Positions 20,270-30,997 are shown, counted from the first letter of the stretch. The stretch is 64,000 bases of DNA from Spirochaetaceae bacterium (GCA_965224705.1 OZ245056.1:2941945-3005944), one strand, 5' to 3'. Notes: generated by a model not told the origin, from the letters alone. A program made the numbers and translations.

Positions 20270-21226
20270 TCAATTTACTTTGTTTTTTATCTCTCCTTTA
20301 ATAAAGGATGACAAATTATCAACAGCGATATCCATCAATCGGCGTCTGGCTTCCAGGGGAGCCCATGCAATATGCGGTGTAATGAAGCAGTTTTTGGCCG
20401 TCAATAATACATTGTCCTTATCAATCGGCTCGGTTGATGCCACGTCCAGCCCTGCGGCTCTGATCTTCCCGGCGTTTAAAGCGTCCGCCAAATCCTGCTC
20501 GACAATTAACGGCCCCCGGGCTGTGTTAATCAGAATGACGTGATTTCTCATTTTTGCCAGGCTCTCTGCGTTGATCATCCCTTCGGTTGATTCAAAAAGC
20601 GGGCAGTGAAGGGAAATAACATCCGATGACGCATATAACTCATCCAGGGAAACATATCTCATCGATTCATCTTCCAGGGCTTCGTTTTTATACACATCGT
20701 AGGCATAAACGGTCATTCCGAAAGCTTTCGCAATTTCACCGACGGCCTGGCCGATTTTTCCGTAGCCGACAATTCCAATTATTTTTTCTGCCAGTTCGGT
20801 AGGGGGGAAGAGCCAGTAGCAGAAATCGGGTTTATCTGACCAGTCACCCCTTTTTACCGAGTTGTTGTGATCCTGTACATGGTGACAGATATTCAAAATA
20901 TGGGCAAAAGCGAATTGGGCGACGGAGGTGGTTCCGTAGGCGGGGATATTGCAAACGGGTATTCCCTTTTTCGATGCGGCTTTCACGTCGACCACGTTGT
21001 AACCTGTTGCCAGAACACCGATGTACTTTATATTGGAGCAAGTCTCAAGGGTCTCCTTCGTTACGGGTGTTTTGTTTGTTATGACCACATCAGCATTCCC
21101 AATTCTTTCAGCCGCATCGGTGTCAGTTGTTCTGTCGTAGTATCTGACTGTTCCCAGTTTTTCAAATTCTTCCCAGGATAAATCACCGGGATTCAAGGTG
21201 TAACCGTCAAGGATTACAATTTCCAT
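20270..21226 (-). CDS. D-2-hydroxyacid dehydrogenase (glycerate dehydrogenase/hydroxypyruvate reductase-like)
   Basis: LDGYTLNPGDLSW, GYGKIG, INTARG, TPHIAW motifs. Confidence 0.93.
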   Translation of the reverse strand: MEIVILDGYTLNPGDLSWEEFEKLGTVRYYDRTTDTDAAERIGNADVVITNKTPVTKETLETCSNIKYIGVLATGYNVVDVKAASKKGIPVCNIPAYGTTSVAQFAFAHILNICHHVQDHNNSVKRGDWSDKPDFCYWLFPPTELAEKIIGIVGYGKIGQAVGEIAKAFGMTVYAYDVYKNEALEDESMRYVSLDELYASSDVISLHCPLFESTEGMINAESLAKMRNHVILINTARGPLIVEQDLADALNAGKIRAAGLDVASTEPIDKDNVLLTAKNCFITPHIAWAPLEARRRLMDIAVDNLSSFIKGEIKNKVN

Positions 21227-21229
21227 AAT

Positions 21230-21280
21230 TTACTCCTGTATATGCATTTTTATAGCTGAATTCACGATATTCTCAATGGT
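21230..21280 (-). pseudogene. 3' tail of a deleted transketolase C-subunit duplicate
   Basis: atagctgaattcacgatattctcaatggt identical to 5244-5272. Confidence 0.75.
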
Positions 21281-21281
21281 A

Positions 21282-21798
21282 GAGACTCTTCAAAAACTCT
21301 TCAAATTGAATTAGGGGACCATGAAGACCATACCAGAAATCAGAGGCGGAGTGCAAGCCCTGCTGCCGCTTGAATACGAACTGCTGAATTGCAGCACCGC
21401 CCCTTTCTCCGTCATCTTCGGGTCAAAATCTTTCTGCTTTCTGAAACTCGATAACGGATGATGGTCTCCCCCGCATATAGAGCGTGCGGCCACATCATTG
21501 TAGGTGGCGTCCTCTATCATGCGCGATGAGAATCGCCCGGCGGCATAACAATAAATGAGCAGGCACAGCATCATTCGTGGTGAATACTGGGCATGGGCCT
21601 CTCTGGTTAATAGCGAAACTATGGATGTCTATGGTATCCACGGCATCTATTATGTAATGGGCCAGACTGTCTTTCTTTACCCAATCCCGGAGATCCGGAG
21701 GAAACAGCATGGGCGTTTCCCTGTCTACAGTTACAAATTTTGATGATATGGCTTTGAGGGTAACAGTTTTGCGCATTCTCTCAAAGTCCGACAGGCTC
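21282..21798 (-). mobile_element. IS1182-family element, internally deleted
   Basis: Left end GAGCCTGTCGGACTTTGA, right end GAGACTCTTCAAAAAC; DUF772-type N-terminus MLFPPDLRDWV...MLCLLIYCYAAGRFSSRMIE. Confidence 0.85.
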
Positions 21799-21898
21799 CT
21801 GGGAAAGTACAGGTAAAGGAGCAAGACGAATCCTTGTGGTAGAGATTGAGCTATTTAAAAGGTCGATAAATGAAAAGATACAAGGAGATATATCAAGA

Positions 21899-22843
21899 AT
21901 GACGTTTGAACAAGCCAAGATAAGCTATTTCGAGTACTGCCGAAACGAACGGCGGCTGACAGATTTGACCCTAAAAGCCTATACATTAGATTTTAGACAA
22001 TTTGAAAAATTCCTGGATAATAGAAATCTGAGCAAAACAGATCCTATCAAAAAGCTGGACCGAGACTTTGTAAAAACATATATACAAAAACTCAACAGTC
22101 AGTACAGCATCAGATCCGTAAAACGAAAAATCGCTTCCTTAAAGGCATTCTTTAACTATTTGGAATATGAAGACCATATCCCCATCAACCCCTTTAGAAA
22201 AATCAAGGTTTCATTGCCCACCCCCAAAGACCTCCCTAAAACTCTCAACCTGAAAGAAATCTCAAAAATACTGGATGAAGCCTACAGGGAACTAAACAAC
22301 GCCAAAACAGATTACCAACTTTTTACAGCAACCAGAAATATTGCCATAATCGAACTGCTCTTTGCCACAGGAGCCCGTGTCTCCGAAATAGCATCGCTCA
22401 AAACCGGAGATATTGACATCGACAATGGAAGCATAAAAATCCTGGGAAAAGGCAAAAAAGAAAGAATACTCTGCATCGGAAACAAATCAGTTCTCCTAGC
22501 CTTAAGAAAATACAACGCCCTCAAAAACCCCACCCAAAGCGGGAAAGCCTTCTTCATCAACAGAAGAGGTCTGTCATATTCTACGCAATCAATACGCTTT
22601 CTTCTCAAGCACCTCACAGCCAACGTCCTTCCCGAAAAACGTGTAACTCCTCATATGTTCCGGCATAGCTTTGCAACACTTCTTCTGGAGGAAGGGGTGG
22701 ACATAAAATACATCCAATCATTTCTTGGGCATAGTTCCATTGTAACAACTCAAATATACACGCATGTTTGCCAAAATAAGCAACGGTATATTCTGAAGAT
22801 GCACCATCCAAGGGAACGAGCCTTGCTTGTGAATGAAGGATAA
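21899..22843 (+). CDS. XerC/D-like tyrosine recombinase
   Basis: ATGARVSE, GKGKKER, HMFRHSFAT, LGHSSIVTTQIYTH and C-terminal HPR; AGGAG RBS before ATG 21899. Confidence 0.95.
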   Translation: MTFEQAKISYFEYCRNERRLTDLTLKAYTLDFRQFEKFLDNRNLSKTDPIKKLDRDFVKTYIQKLNSQYSIRSVKRKIASLKAFFNYLEYEDHIPINPFRKIKVSLPTPKDLPKTLNLKEISKILDEAYRELNNAKTDYQLFTATRNIAIIELLFATGARVSEIASLKTGDIDIDNGSIKILGKGKKERILCIGNKSVLLALRKYNALKNPTQSGKAFFINRRGLSYSTQSIRFLLKHLTANVLPEKRVTPHMFRHSFATLLLEEGVDIKYIQSFLGHSSIVTTQIYTHVCQNKQRYILKMHHPRERALLVNEG

Positions 22844-22861
22844 CTACAAATCATAAAAGAA
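22833..22861 (+). other. Putative recombination site L (dif-like) overlapping the recombinase stop codon
   Basis: ATGAAGGATAA-CTACAAA-TCATAAAAGAA; first 19 bp are the exact inverted copy of 26269-26287. Confidence 0.8.
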
Positions 22862-23909
22862 TCCCCAAAAAACCAAATTGAATTAAAGTTAGTATGTGAT
22901 ACTCGGGAACAACTCGTAAAACAAGGATATGAGTACAAAAAAATCTATGATCATGATTCAGATGCTGCTCTGAAATCCTTTCTTAATAACTATGATAAGG
23001 AAAAATACAAAATAGAATATCTAGGTGGAGTTCAAAATCTTATTGATCTACTTAAATCTGACGATAAGTATCTATATGGAAGCAAAATAATCAATCTGTC
23101 AGAAGGACTAGTGGAGTCAAGCCGCAGACAACAGGTGCCTGTTATATTGGATTTGTTAGGAGTTAAATTTTCTGGTTCTCCAATTACTGCCATAGCATTA
23201 GCAGAAAACAAGTATTTTACATCGCTAGCTGTTTCAGCTATGGGATTTGATACCCCTGATAATTTTTTTCTTAATACCCTATACACAAAAAAATATTCCA
23301 GCTATATAGATGACACTCTAAAAAAGATTGAGAAAAAATAGGTTTCCGTATATAGTAAAGGGAAATAGAGAAGATTCATCGATAGGACTTAATCAAAATA
23401 ATATTTGTTCAACAATTAGTGACATAAAAAAAACTATTCGTATAATGCAAAAGGAGTTTAAAATCAATGAGTTTTTAATTGAAGAATATACTTTTGGCTA
23501 TGAGATAAGTCATTATATCATTGGAGATATAAACAATATTAAAGTTAGCGAAATATTTTCAATCGCTTACAATGGTGTCTATTGCTTTCAACAACCATTT
23601 ATTTTTGGATATGAAGAGAAAAAAGGTAAAAATAGAACCCGAATCCTAATCAAAGAAATTTCTGATTTAAAAAATTCAGCTGATAGTATAGAAAAGACTT
23701 CATTAAAAATCATGGAAAATATATGCGCATATGACTTTCTTCGAATTGACTACCGGGTCAATAATGGAAAACTTTATTTTATAGAATTAAATGTGGCGCC
23801 AGCAATCAGTGAATCAAGTGAACTAGGTTTCATTGGCAAGGTTCGAGGTAAAAAGTACTCATGCTACATTAATTATATCATTGAATCATTTATAGAAAGA
23901 GTAAATTAG
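22853..23909 (+). pseudogene. D-Ala-D-Ala-ligase-like ATP-grasp protein, ATA start, frameshifted near 23320-23340
   Basis: INLSEG...QVPVILDLLGVKFSGS...ENKYFT; FPYIVKGNREDSSIG; LIEEY; RIDYR...YFIELNVAP. Confidence 0.8.
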
Positions 23910-26267
23910 GGTGCAAAAATAATACCCCATCCACTAAGTGGAATAAGAGGTTTTATATTCCATGTCGGCAAGGGGTTTATTAGGACTGATATTTTTATTT
24001 CATTTTTTTGTACTTGTTGTATTCATTCAAATAGTAATTAAATTTCTTCAAGTCATTGTTCAATAAGTAATAATAATAGTGTGTTGAATATATTTTTCTG
24101 TAAAATCGTGAGTCTGTAACATTCTTAACCCTCAAATAGCCAAGTAATTTATGACTAATAGTTTTATTCTCTTCATTTTCGCTATCAAAATTAATATATA
24201 ACTTAGATATAAACTTGTTCACCAGTAATACAACTTTTAAATACTCTTCAATATCTAACAAGGAGGCAGCCTGCAATTTTTTAAAAGCTTCTTCGGCATT
24301 ACCTTTTACTAAGAAATATAACGCTATATTATTTAAGGCATATGCTCTGTTATTAGGGTTTATGAACTTAAATAGCATATTTGACTTGCAAATTGATTGG
24401 TAAGCTTTTTCATGTTCTCCTATTCGTAAATACTCATATCCTATGTTGTTAAGTAGTTTTGCCACTAAAGATTTTGAATCCATTTTTTTTGCAATTTCAT
24501 AAGATTCATAAAGATATTCCAAAGATTTTTTGCCTTCGAAAAAATCAGGGCATATCATCAGTAGACCAACCAAAGATTCTGATTTTTCTTCAAAATAAGT
24601 TTTATATGTATCAAGAAATAATGGTTCAGCTTCATTTTCTCGACTTGCAACTAATGAAAGGGAAATGATTTTATATGTAATTAATAACATTTTATCATCT
24701 ATTGGCAAGTTTTTTTTTATAATCTGTCAACAAGCATGATGCATTCTTCAGTATATAACAAACATGAAAATAATTTAACTTTAAGTATATAATACTCACT
24801 AAAAATTGCTTTACTTATTTTTGATCCTGTAACTTTTTCTAGGATTTCATAAGATTCTTTAAATTTATTTATTTCAAATAATACTGTTGAATAATTAATC
24901 AAAATATTTGTGGAGATACTTTTGGAATGATTAATCAAATTAGAATAAACATCTCTTGCTTCATAAAATCTCTTATTGACAAACAGTATTTGTGCATATT
25001 CTTTATTTTCGTATTCCCATATCTCAGGGATCATAGCTGAATAAGAATGATGTGCACGCAGTTTTGCCAGTAAAATATGATCCTTTTTAGTATGGTACTC
25101 CTCATGAATAATGAAGTTATAGATTTCAGAATGGATCCTTGGCAAATCCATTTGATGCTTTTTGTAATATTCATATAGAAGTTCAAAAATTTTATCATGC
25201 CGAAATCCAATCAGCTGTGATTCTTGATCCACATCCAATATATCACTATCCGACAATTTAAAAACCAAATTCTCAAGTAAATCCCTATGGAATTCTGATG
25301 GTCCGTATATTTTGGTATATAAATTTTTTAGTTTCGATACAGATATTCTTGAAGAATATATTGTCAATATTTTTAGTACATTATTTTCGCTTGTCGAAAG
25401 ATCACTAAAATCAATGCCTAATTTTTTTAATAAAGTACTTTTGATTTTTTCTAGGTCGAAAGAGTCATTTTCTAAGACAACTGAGTTATTACGATACAAT
25501 TTGCTAAGTAGGGATCTTAATTCAAAAAGCGAACCTTTGCAATAATCAAAAATTAGAGAAAAATAATCACCAAGGCTTTCAAACTCAGAAAATCTACTGA
25601 ATTTATCTTTTAAAATTTCATCAAAGAATTCTTTGTCAATGAACTTGTCTAGTCTAATTATGATGTGAGGAATATTATCTTCAAGATAGAATCTCATAGT
25701 ATTGTTTAAATATTCTTCTGTTGTAATGAAGATCAGTTTTAGCCATTTTTTATCATATGATAATGCAAAAAAATCTTTCATCTTTTGAAATGAGTCATTA
25801 TCACAATTGGAAAAATTGTCGAGCACGATTGTAATTGGCTTGCGGATCTTATTATGTATCATATTTAATGCATCAAAGATTACTTTTCCAATACTATGAT
25901 TACTTTTTAAAAATGCTGAAATTAAATTGTCAATGCTGTCAGAATCAACTTTGATGGCTAAACTAGCAAATGTTGTAGCAACAGCTTTAAACTTTTCAAT
26001 AAGTGCTTCTTTTTGTTTGCGCTCTTTACTGATTTCTTTTGTCAAAATCTCTAAATAACTTTGAGTCATTTCTTCTCTTGGTTTATTAGCATAAATTATG
26101 ATTGTTTTCTTTTGATCCTTGAGTCCTTCTTTTGTAAATTTTGTTTTTCCAACACCGCTTTCTCCGTGAATCCAAATAGCATTTGTTTTATTTAGTGCAT
26201 TCTTAAATTTTTGCATTTCATTTTTTCGATCGACAAATTTAAGATCGAAAAAATCACTGCTTAGCAT
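23906..26267 (-). pseudogene. STAND/AAA-type NTPase with C-terminal TPR-like repeats, split by frameshifts (ORFs 24717-26267 and 23995-24708, plus a probable tail to 23906)
   Basis: FVDRKNE, Walker A GESGVGKT, Walker B IVLDNF, winged-helix FRHDKI; TPR-like LLNNIGYEY and ALNNIALYF. Confidence 0.8.
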
Positions 26268-26287
26268 AATTTGTAGTTATCCTTCAT
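26259..26287 (-). other. Putative recombination site R (dif-like) containing the RBS and ATG of the NTPase gene
   Basis: Minus strand ATGAAGGATAA-CTACAAA-TTATGCTAAGC. Confidence 0.8.
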
Positions 26288-26294
26288 CAACATC

Positions 26295-26323
26295 ATTCTA
26301 ACCTAGTTTACTATAATCTGCAA
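26295..26323 (-). promoter_or_regulatory. Sigma70 promoter outside site R, reading into the cassette
   Basis: TTGCAG-N17-TAGAAT on the minus strand, ending 7 nt before the repeat. Confidence 0.7.
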
Positions 26324-26338
26324 CAGTCAGAATCCTAT

Positions 26339-27735
26339 CCCCTATTTCTCACCAAAACCTTGACACAAATCAGACTTTCTATCTTAAGATATTTATATGA
26401 AAAGAAATATTAAACGAAAAGAAGCCCGCTTTGATCATACAAAGTGTGAAGTCAATCAGCTCGAATTGCAAAGACTGGAAATCAGAAAATCATTGTAAAG
26501 AATGACGGCAGGTCAACAATTTCGATGCCGGATTTCTTTTGCTCCAGCAGGTTGAGCAGAAGCACAGGATCATTGAAGAACTGTCAGATTCTTTCACCGA
26601 TAAAAGAGATCAGGATAAATTACACATAACCTGGGTGCTCTTCTGAAACAGAGAATCTTCGGAATCTGTCAGGGCTATGAAGATCTCAATGATCATGAAC
26701 GATTGCGCGATGATCCACTGCTTCAATATATATGTCTCTGTGTTCTGTGATGATTTTCCCCTGATCGCCCGGCTGCGGCCGTCCAGCGTGGATGCCTGTG
26801 AGGGTACCGAAGAGATTCTGGTCAAGCTGGTTGGCGCGATCAGGGCCAGATTTCCTGATGTCCGTATCATTTTCCGTGGAGACTCGGGCTTCTGCCGTGA
26901 GAGTATCCTGAAGCAGTGTGAGATATTGAAAATCAGATATATCACCGGTATGGCAGGAAATACACGGCTGCTGAAGAAAATTGATCCGCAGATGGTTGAG
27001 GCTGAAAAGCTCTTCGGTAAAAGCAAAGAAGCCGAACGTGTTTACACCCGTTTTTCCTGGAAGACCGAAAGCAGCTGGAGTCGAAATCGGGATGTCATTG
27101 CCAGGGTGGAACATCTGCCGGGCAAGAAAAATCCCCGCTTTATTGTGACGGACATTTCTGCTGAAGAAGGGGATGCCCAATCGCTGTATGAAGATGTCTA
27201 CTGTGCACGCGGCGATATGGAGAATCGCATCAAAGAGCAGCAGCTTTATCTGTTTGCCGACCGCACCTCCTCCTGGTGGATGAGTTCGAATCAGCTCCGA
27301 TTGTACTTTTCGACAATCGCCTATATTTTCTTTGTCCATCTTCGAAGAATAATTCAGCAGGTCAGCGTTGATGAAACTCGAAGCATGTCCTCTACAATCC
27401 GATTAAGGATGCTTAAAGTTTCGGCCGCTGTAAAGATTACGGTTCGCCGAATCTGGATCAGTCTGCCGGAGAGTTTTCCCTGGTGGGACATCTGGATACG
27501 AATATCCCGGGCCATCTGAGCGGTAATAAAAATAGTGGATAGTTCTCATCTGGATTCCCCGGGAAAGGTGTGCACCGAGGGTTGAAAAAACGGAAGAAAA
27601 TCAGAAGAAATCGACTTAAATTGGACGGAAATAACAAGGATCAATCAACTGGAAACTTTTTGCTTGATATATTGCCGGAGAGAACAGAAATTTTTCAGGA
27701 TTTTTATGCCGTTTTATGCTGGTGAGAAATAGGGG
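26339..27735 (+). mobile_element. IS1380-family element with disrupted transposase
   Basis: 16-bp TIRs CCCCTATTTCTCACCA; IFRGDSGF, YCARGDMENRIKEQQ and NQLRL motifs; N-terminus broken. Confidence 0.92.
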
Positions 27736-29458
27736 ATATAGCGTGCGGCCACATCATTGTAGGTGGCGTCCTCTATCATGCGCGATGAGAATCGCCCGGC
27801 GGCATAACAATAAATGAGCAGGCACAGCATCATTTGCGGTGAATACTGGGCCATGGGCCTCTCTGGTTAATAGCGAATCTATGGATGTTTATGGCATCCA
27901 CGGCATCTATTAGAGATATAATCAAAAGTTGTGGATAGGATAAAAAAGAGCAAATCTTCTTGTAGGATAGTTGGTGTGAAAACCATTACAAAAAGGAGAT
28001 GCTCTATGAGTAAAGAAACTATCACAGAAGATGTTTTTCAGGAAGAGGCTGATCACCAGTCTGTACTGGAAAAAGTATTACGGGAAGGAGCAAGACGGAT
28101 GCTGCAGCAGGCACTAGAAAATGAGATTGAGGACTACCTCTCGAAGCATACTCAAACTGATGAGAATGACCACCGTCTTGTTGTCCGAAACGGCTATCAT
28201 CCACAGAGAGAGATTCTGACCGGGATAGGACCGATGAAAGTCAAAGCACCGCGAATTGATGATCGGAAAATGACCCCTGAAAGAACTCAGCGGTTTATCA
28301 GTTCAATCCTGCCTCGTTATCTGAAAAAGATCCCCAGTGTGGATAACCTGCTCCCGGCTTTGTACCTGAAAGGGGTCTCGACAAATGATTTTCAAGACGC
28401 TTTAGCCTCTATCCCTGGAGAAGGAGCCAGAGGACTCTCGGCAACCAATATCGTCCGTTTGAAGAAATGCTGGGAGGATGAATTTAAGGCTTGGAATACC
28501 CGTGATTTGAGTGATAAGGAATACGCTTATATCTGGGTAGACGGCATTCACTTCAATGTACGGCTGGATGATGACCGATGTTGTATTCTGGTCATCATAG
28601 GTGCCGATGAGCAGGGAAATAAGGAGTTGATCGCTGTTGATTCTGGGTATAGAGAATCGGCTCTGGGCTGGAAAGAGATGTTATTGTCTCTTCGCAATAG
28701 GGGCTTGCAAGAGGCTCCCAAACTGGCTGTAGGAGATGGTGCTCCTGGTTTCTGGAAAGCCCTGGATGAGGTGTTCCCTCAGACAAAAAGGCAGCGTTGC
28801 TGGGTGCATAAAACGGCGAACATTCTGGATAAAATATCCAGGTCTGTTCAACCTAAGGCTAAGTCACTCATCCATGAAATGTACATGGCTGATACCGAGA
28901 AAAACGCACGAAAGGCGTATGATCGTTTCATCTCAGTGTATGAGAGTAAATACCCCAAAGCCACCGACTGCCTGAGGAAGGATCAGGATGATTTATTCAC
29001 ATTCTATTGCTTTCCGGGTATTCATTGGATGCATATCAGAACAACAAACCCGATTGAATCGACCTTTGCTGCTGTTCGGTTGAGAACCAGGCGCACCAGG
29101 GGTTGCGGCAGTCAGGTCGCCACCCTCACAATGGCCTGGAAATTATGTCTTGAGGCGCAAAAGAGGTGGAAGAGGCTCAGGGGATATAAGTTGATTCCAA
29201 AGGTCATCCAGGGAGCCTTCTGTAAAGATGGTGATTTTGTGGAATTAGTTGCGTAGGATGAAGATTTTGTTCTTTTTTTCATCCACAACAATTGACAGTA
29301 TCTCCATCTATTATGTAATGGGCCAGACTGTCTTTTCTTTACCCAATCCCGGAGATCCGGAGGAAACAGCATGGGCGTTTCCCTGTCTACAGTTACAAAT
29401 TTTATGACATGGCTTTGAGGGTAACAGCTTTACGCATTCTTCAAAGTCCGACAGGCTC
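27736..29458 (-). mobile_element. IS1182-family remnant interrupted by IS256 and cut by IS1380
   Basis: 27736-27912 and 29305-29458 match 21476-21798. Confidence 0.88.
27913..29304 (+). mobile_element. IS256-family element, apparently intact (transposase 28006-29256)
   Basis: RNGY, LYLKGVST, YIWVDG, QRCWVH, RTTNPIES motifs; GAGATA...TATCTC ends; 9-bp TSD CATCTATTA. Confidence 0.95.
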
Positions 29459-29518
29459 CTGGGAAAGTATCTGAGGATTTCAAGGAGGCGCAGAGAAGGA
29501 TGCGATTTCGTTCATTAT

Positions 29519-30931
29519 CTAATAAAAGTAAAGATTGTCAATGAAATACTGGGTTTGTCGACTCACTGTACTTGCTTTACCATATGTAATAAATACTATC
29601 TGGATTAATTCTGAATAATCAGCAGGACCTAAAGCTCCAGGAGCTGTAGGGATGTCCGCCAAAGCCAAATCAATGGAAATCCATGTATCATATCCACCAT
29701 TTTTTTCAATAAAATAATTATCTAACATGGAGGCATAACCAGCACCACCTCCTGGACTTATTAGCTTCATTTTAAATATCTCCACGTCACCTTGTACAAA
29801 TATATCAAAATGAATACGAGCTTTACCAGAAACATCAGTGCCTGTTGGGACATAAGACTCATCATCAGGATTAGGATTTGTATACAACTCAATTCCTGCT
29901 GTAGGGCCTCCGTGACCAAGCGCAATTTTATATTTCATTGCTTTATTTCCAGAAATTATTTCAACTTCTTCTTTGCTTACATCTTCGGTAGACCATTCAG
30001 CCAGAAAATTCACATCAGCAACATCAGGGTCTTTGCCATCACTATAAATAACAATTGCTGAATTCATATCCTCGGCAGGGGTAGGAGCTGCTGTAGGAGG
30101 ATTTCCTAGTAGAGCTACAATCTTTACGGTTCTGGTGATTTCGGCAGCAGCATTTCCATCAGAATCAGTAAAATTATAGGTGAGGGTATATACTGTTTCA
30201 GCAGAAGCATTAACATCAACATCTCCAGCATTGTCACTGAAGATAGTTTCAGATTTATCTTTATCATCCACCATTGCAGCCCCTTGATCAGTAAAAACTG
30301 AACCTTGCACCACTTCCATGGAACTTGTTCCTATTAAAGAGAGGATTGGTCCTTTGATAATATCCTTTTCAAATTGTGCAGTTGCCGCTTCTAAATCTTT
30401 AATTGCCTGAGCGATTGTTTCCTCTGTTTTATTTAGATCGTTACTGGCATTTCGCGCGCTATCTATTGCAACCTGGTATGTAGCAAAATCCTCAGATGAA
30501 ACCATTCCAATATGTATTCCAATACCAGTTCTACCAGCTCTAAATGCTGCAGCCTCAATATCACTGTCTAATTCAGAAGTATCAACTGTATTACTATCAG
30601 CAATAATGGCCTCCTTAAATGCTTTCTCAGCAACTAACAAATCAGCATACGCTTTATTTAACGCATCCTGAGTACTATCTGGGTTATCTCTTACAGTTTC
30701 AGCCTTACCTATTGCGTCACTAAAGGCACTAGAAGTTTCCGCTGAGACCTGCCCTGCTGCGGTTCCTACTGCAGTGTTTTCTTTTAAGAAAGCTGCAGCC
30801 TCAATTGCACCCTTCAATTGAGCAGCATCAATGTCTTCAACATCTGTACCTGCTGGATCTTCACAAGACACCAGGAGAGCAAAAAATGCGAATGAAAGAA
30901 GCAATAGAAGCTTTGTAGTATTTTTTTTCAT
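29519..30931 (-). CDS. Surface lipoprotein with two helical FIVAR-like repeats, an Ig-like domain and a probable carbohydrate-binding C-terminal domain
   Basis: LLVSC lipobox; FTDQGA...YTLTYNFTDSDGNAA..TRTVKIV; C-terminal YFIDNLYFY. Confidence 0.75.
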   Translation of the reverse strand: MKKNTTKLLLLLSFAFFALLVSCEDPAGTDVEDIDAAQLKGAIEAAAFLKENTAVGTAAGQVSAETSSAFSDAIGKAETVRDNPDSTQDALNKAYADLLVAEKAFKEAIIADSNTVDTSELDSDIEAAAFRAGRTGIGIHIGMVSSEDFATYQVAIDSARNASNDLNKTEETIAQAIKDLEAATAQFEKDIIKGPILSLIGTSSMEVVQGSVFTDQGAAMVDDKDKSETIFSDNAGDVDVNASAETVYTLTYNFTDSDGNAAAEITRTVKIVALLGNPPTAAPTPAEDMNSAIVIYSDGKDPDVADVNFLAEWSTEDVSKEEVEIISGNKAMKYKIALGHGGPTAGIELYTNPNPDDESYVPTGTDVSGKARIHFDIFVQGDVEIFKMKLISPGGGAGYASMLDNYFIEKNGGYDTWISIDLALADIPTAPGALGPADYSELIQIVFITYGKASTVSRQTQYFIDNLYFY

Positions 30932-30997
30932 TTTCCCTACCTTTGTTAAGTTATCCCTTTCAACTTACACAAGAAAACCAGACAGGGACTCAAGGAA

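Noticed and set aside
22833..22856. ATG 22833 as the start of the ATP-grasp gene
   Set aside because: It is out of frame, stops after 7 codons and is part of the repeat; ATA 22853 mirrors the NTPase ATG position. A frameshifted start cannot be fully excluded.
21836..23341. Recombinase-ATP-grasp read-through fusion (same frame, single TAA between them)
   Set aside because: The recombinase ends normally after the HPR motif, and the shared frame follows from the repeat geometry placing the cargo start 9 nt after the stop.
21899..26287. Classical integron
   Set aside because: No IntI-specific insertion is evident in the recombinase, no attC-like palindromes were seen, and the cargo genes are convergent.
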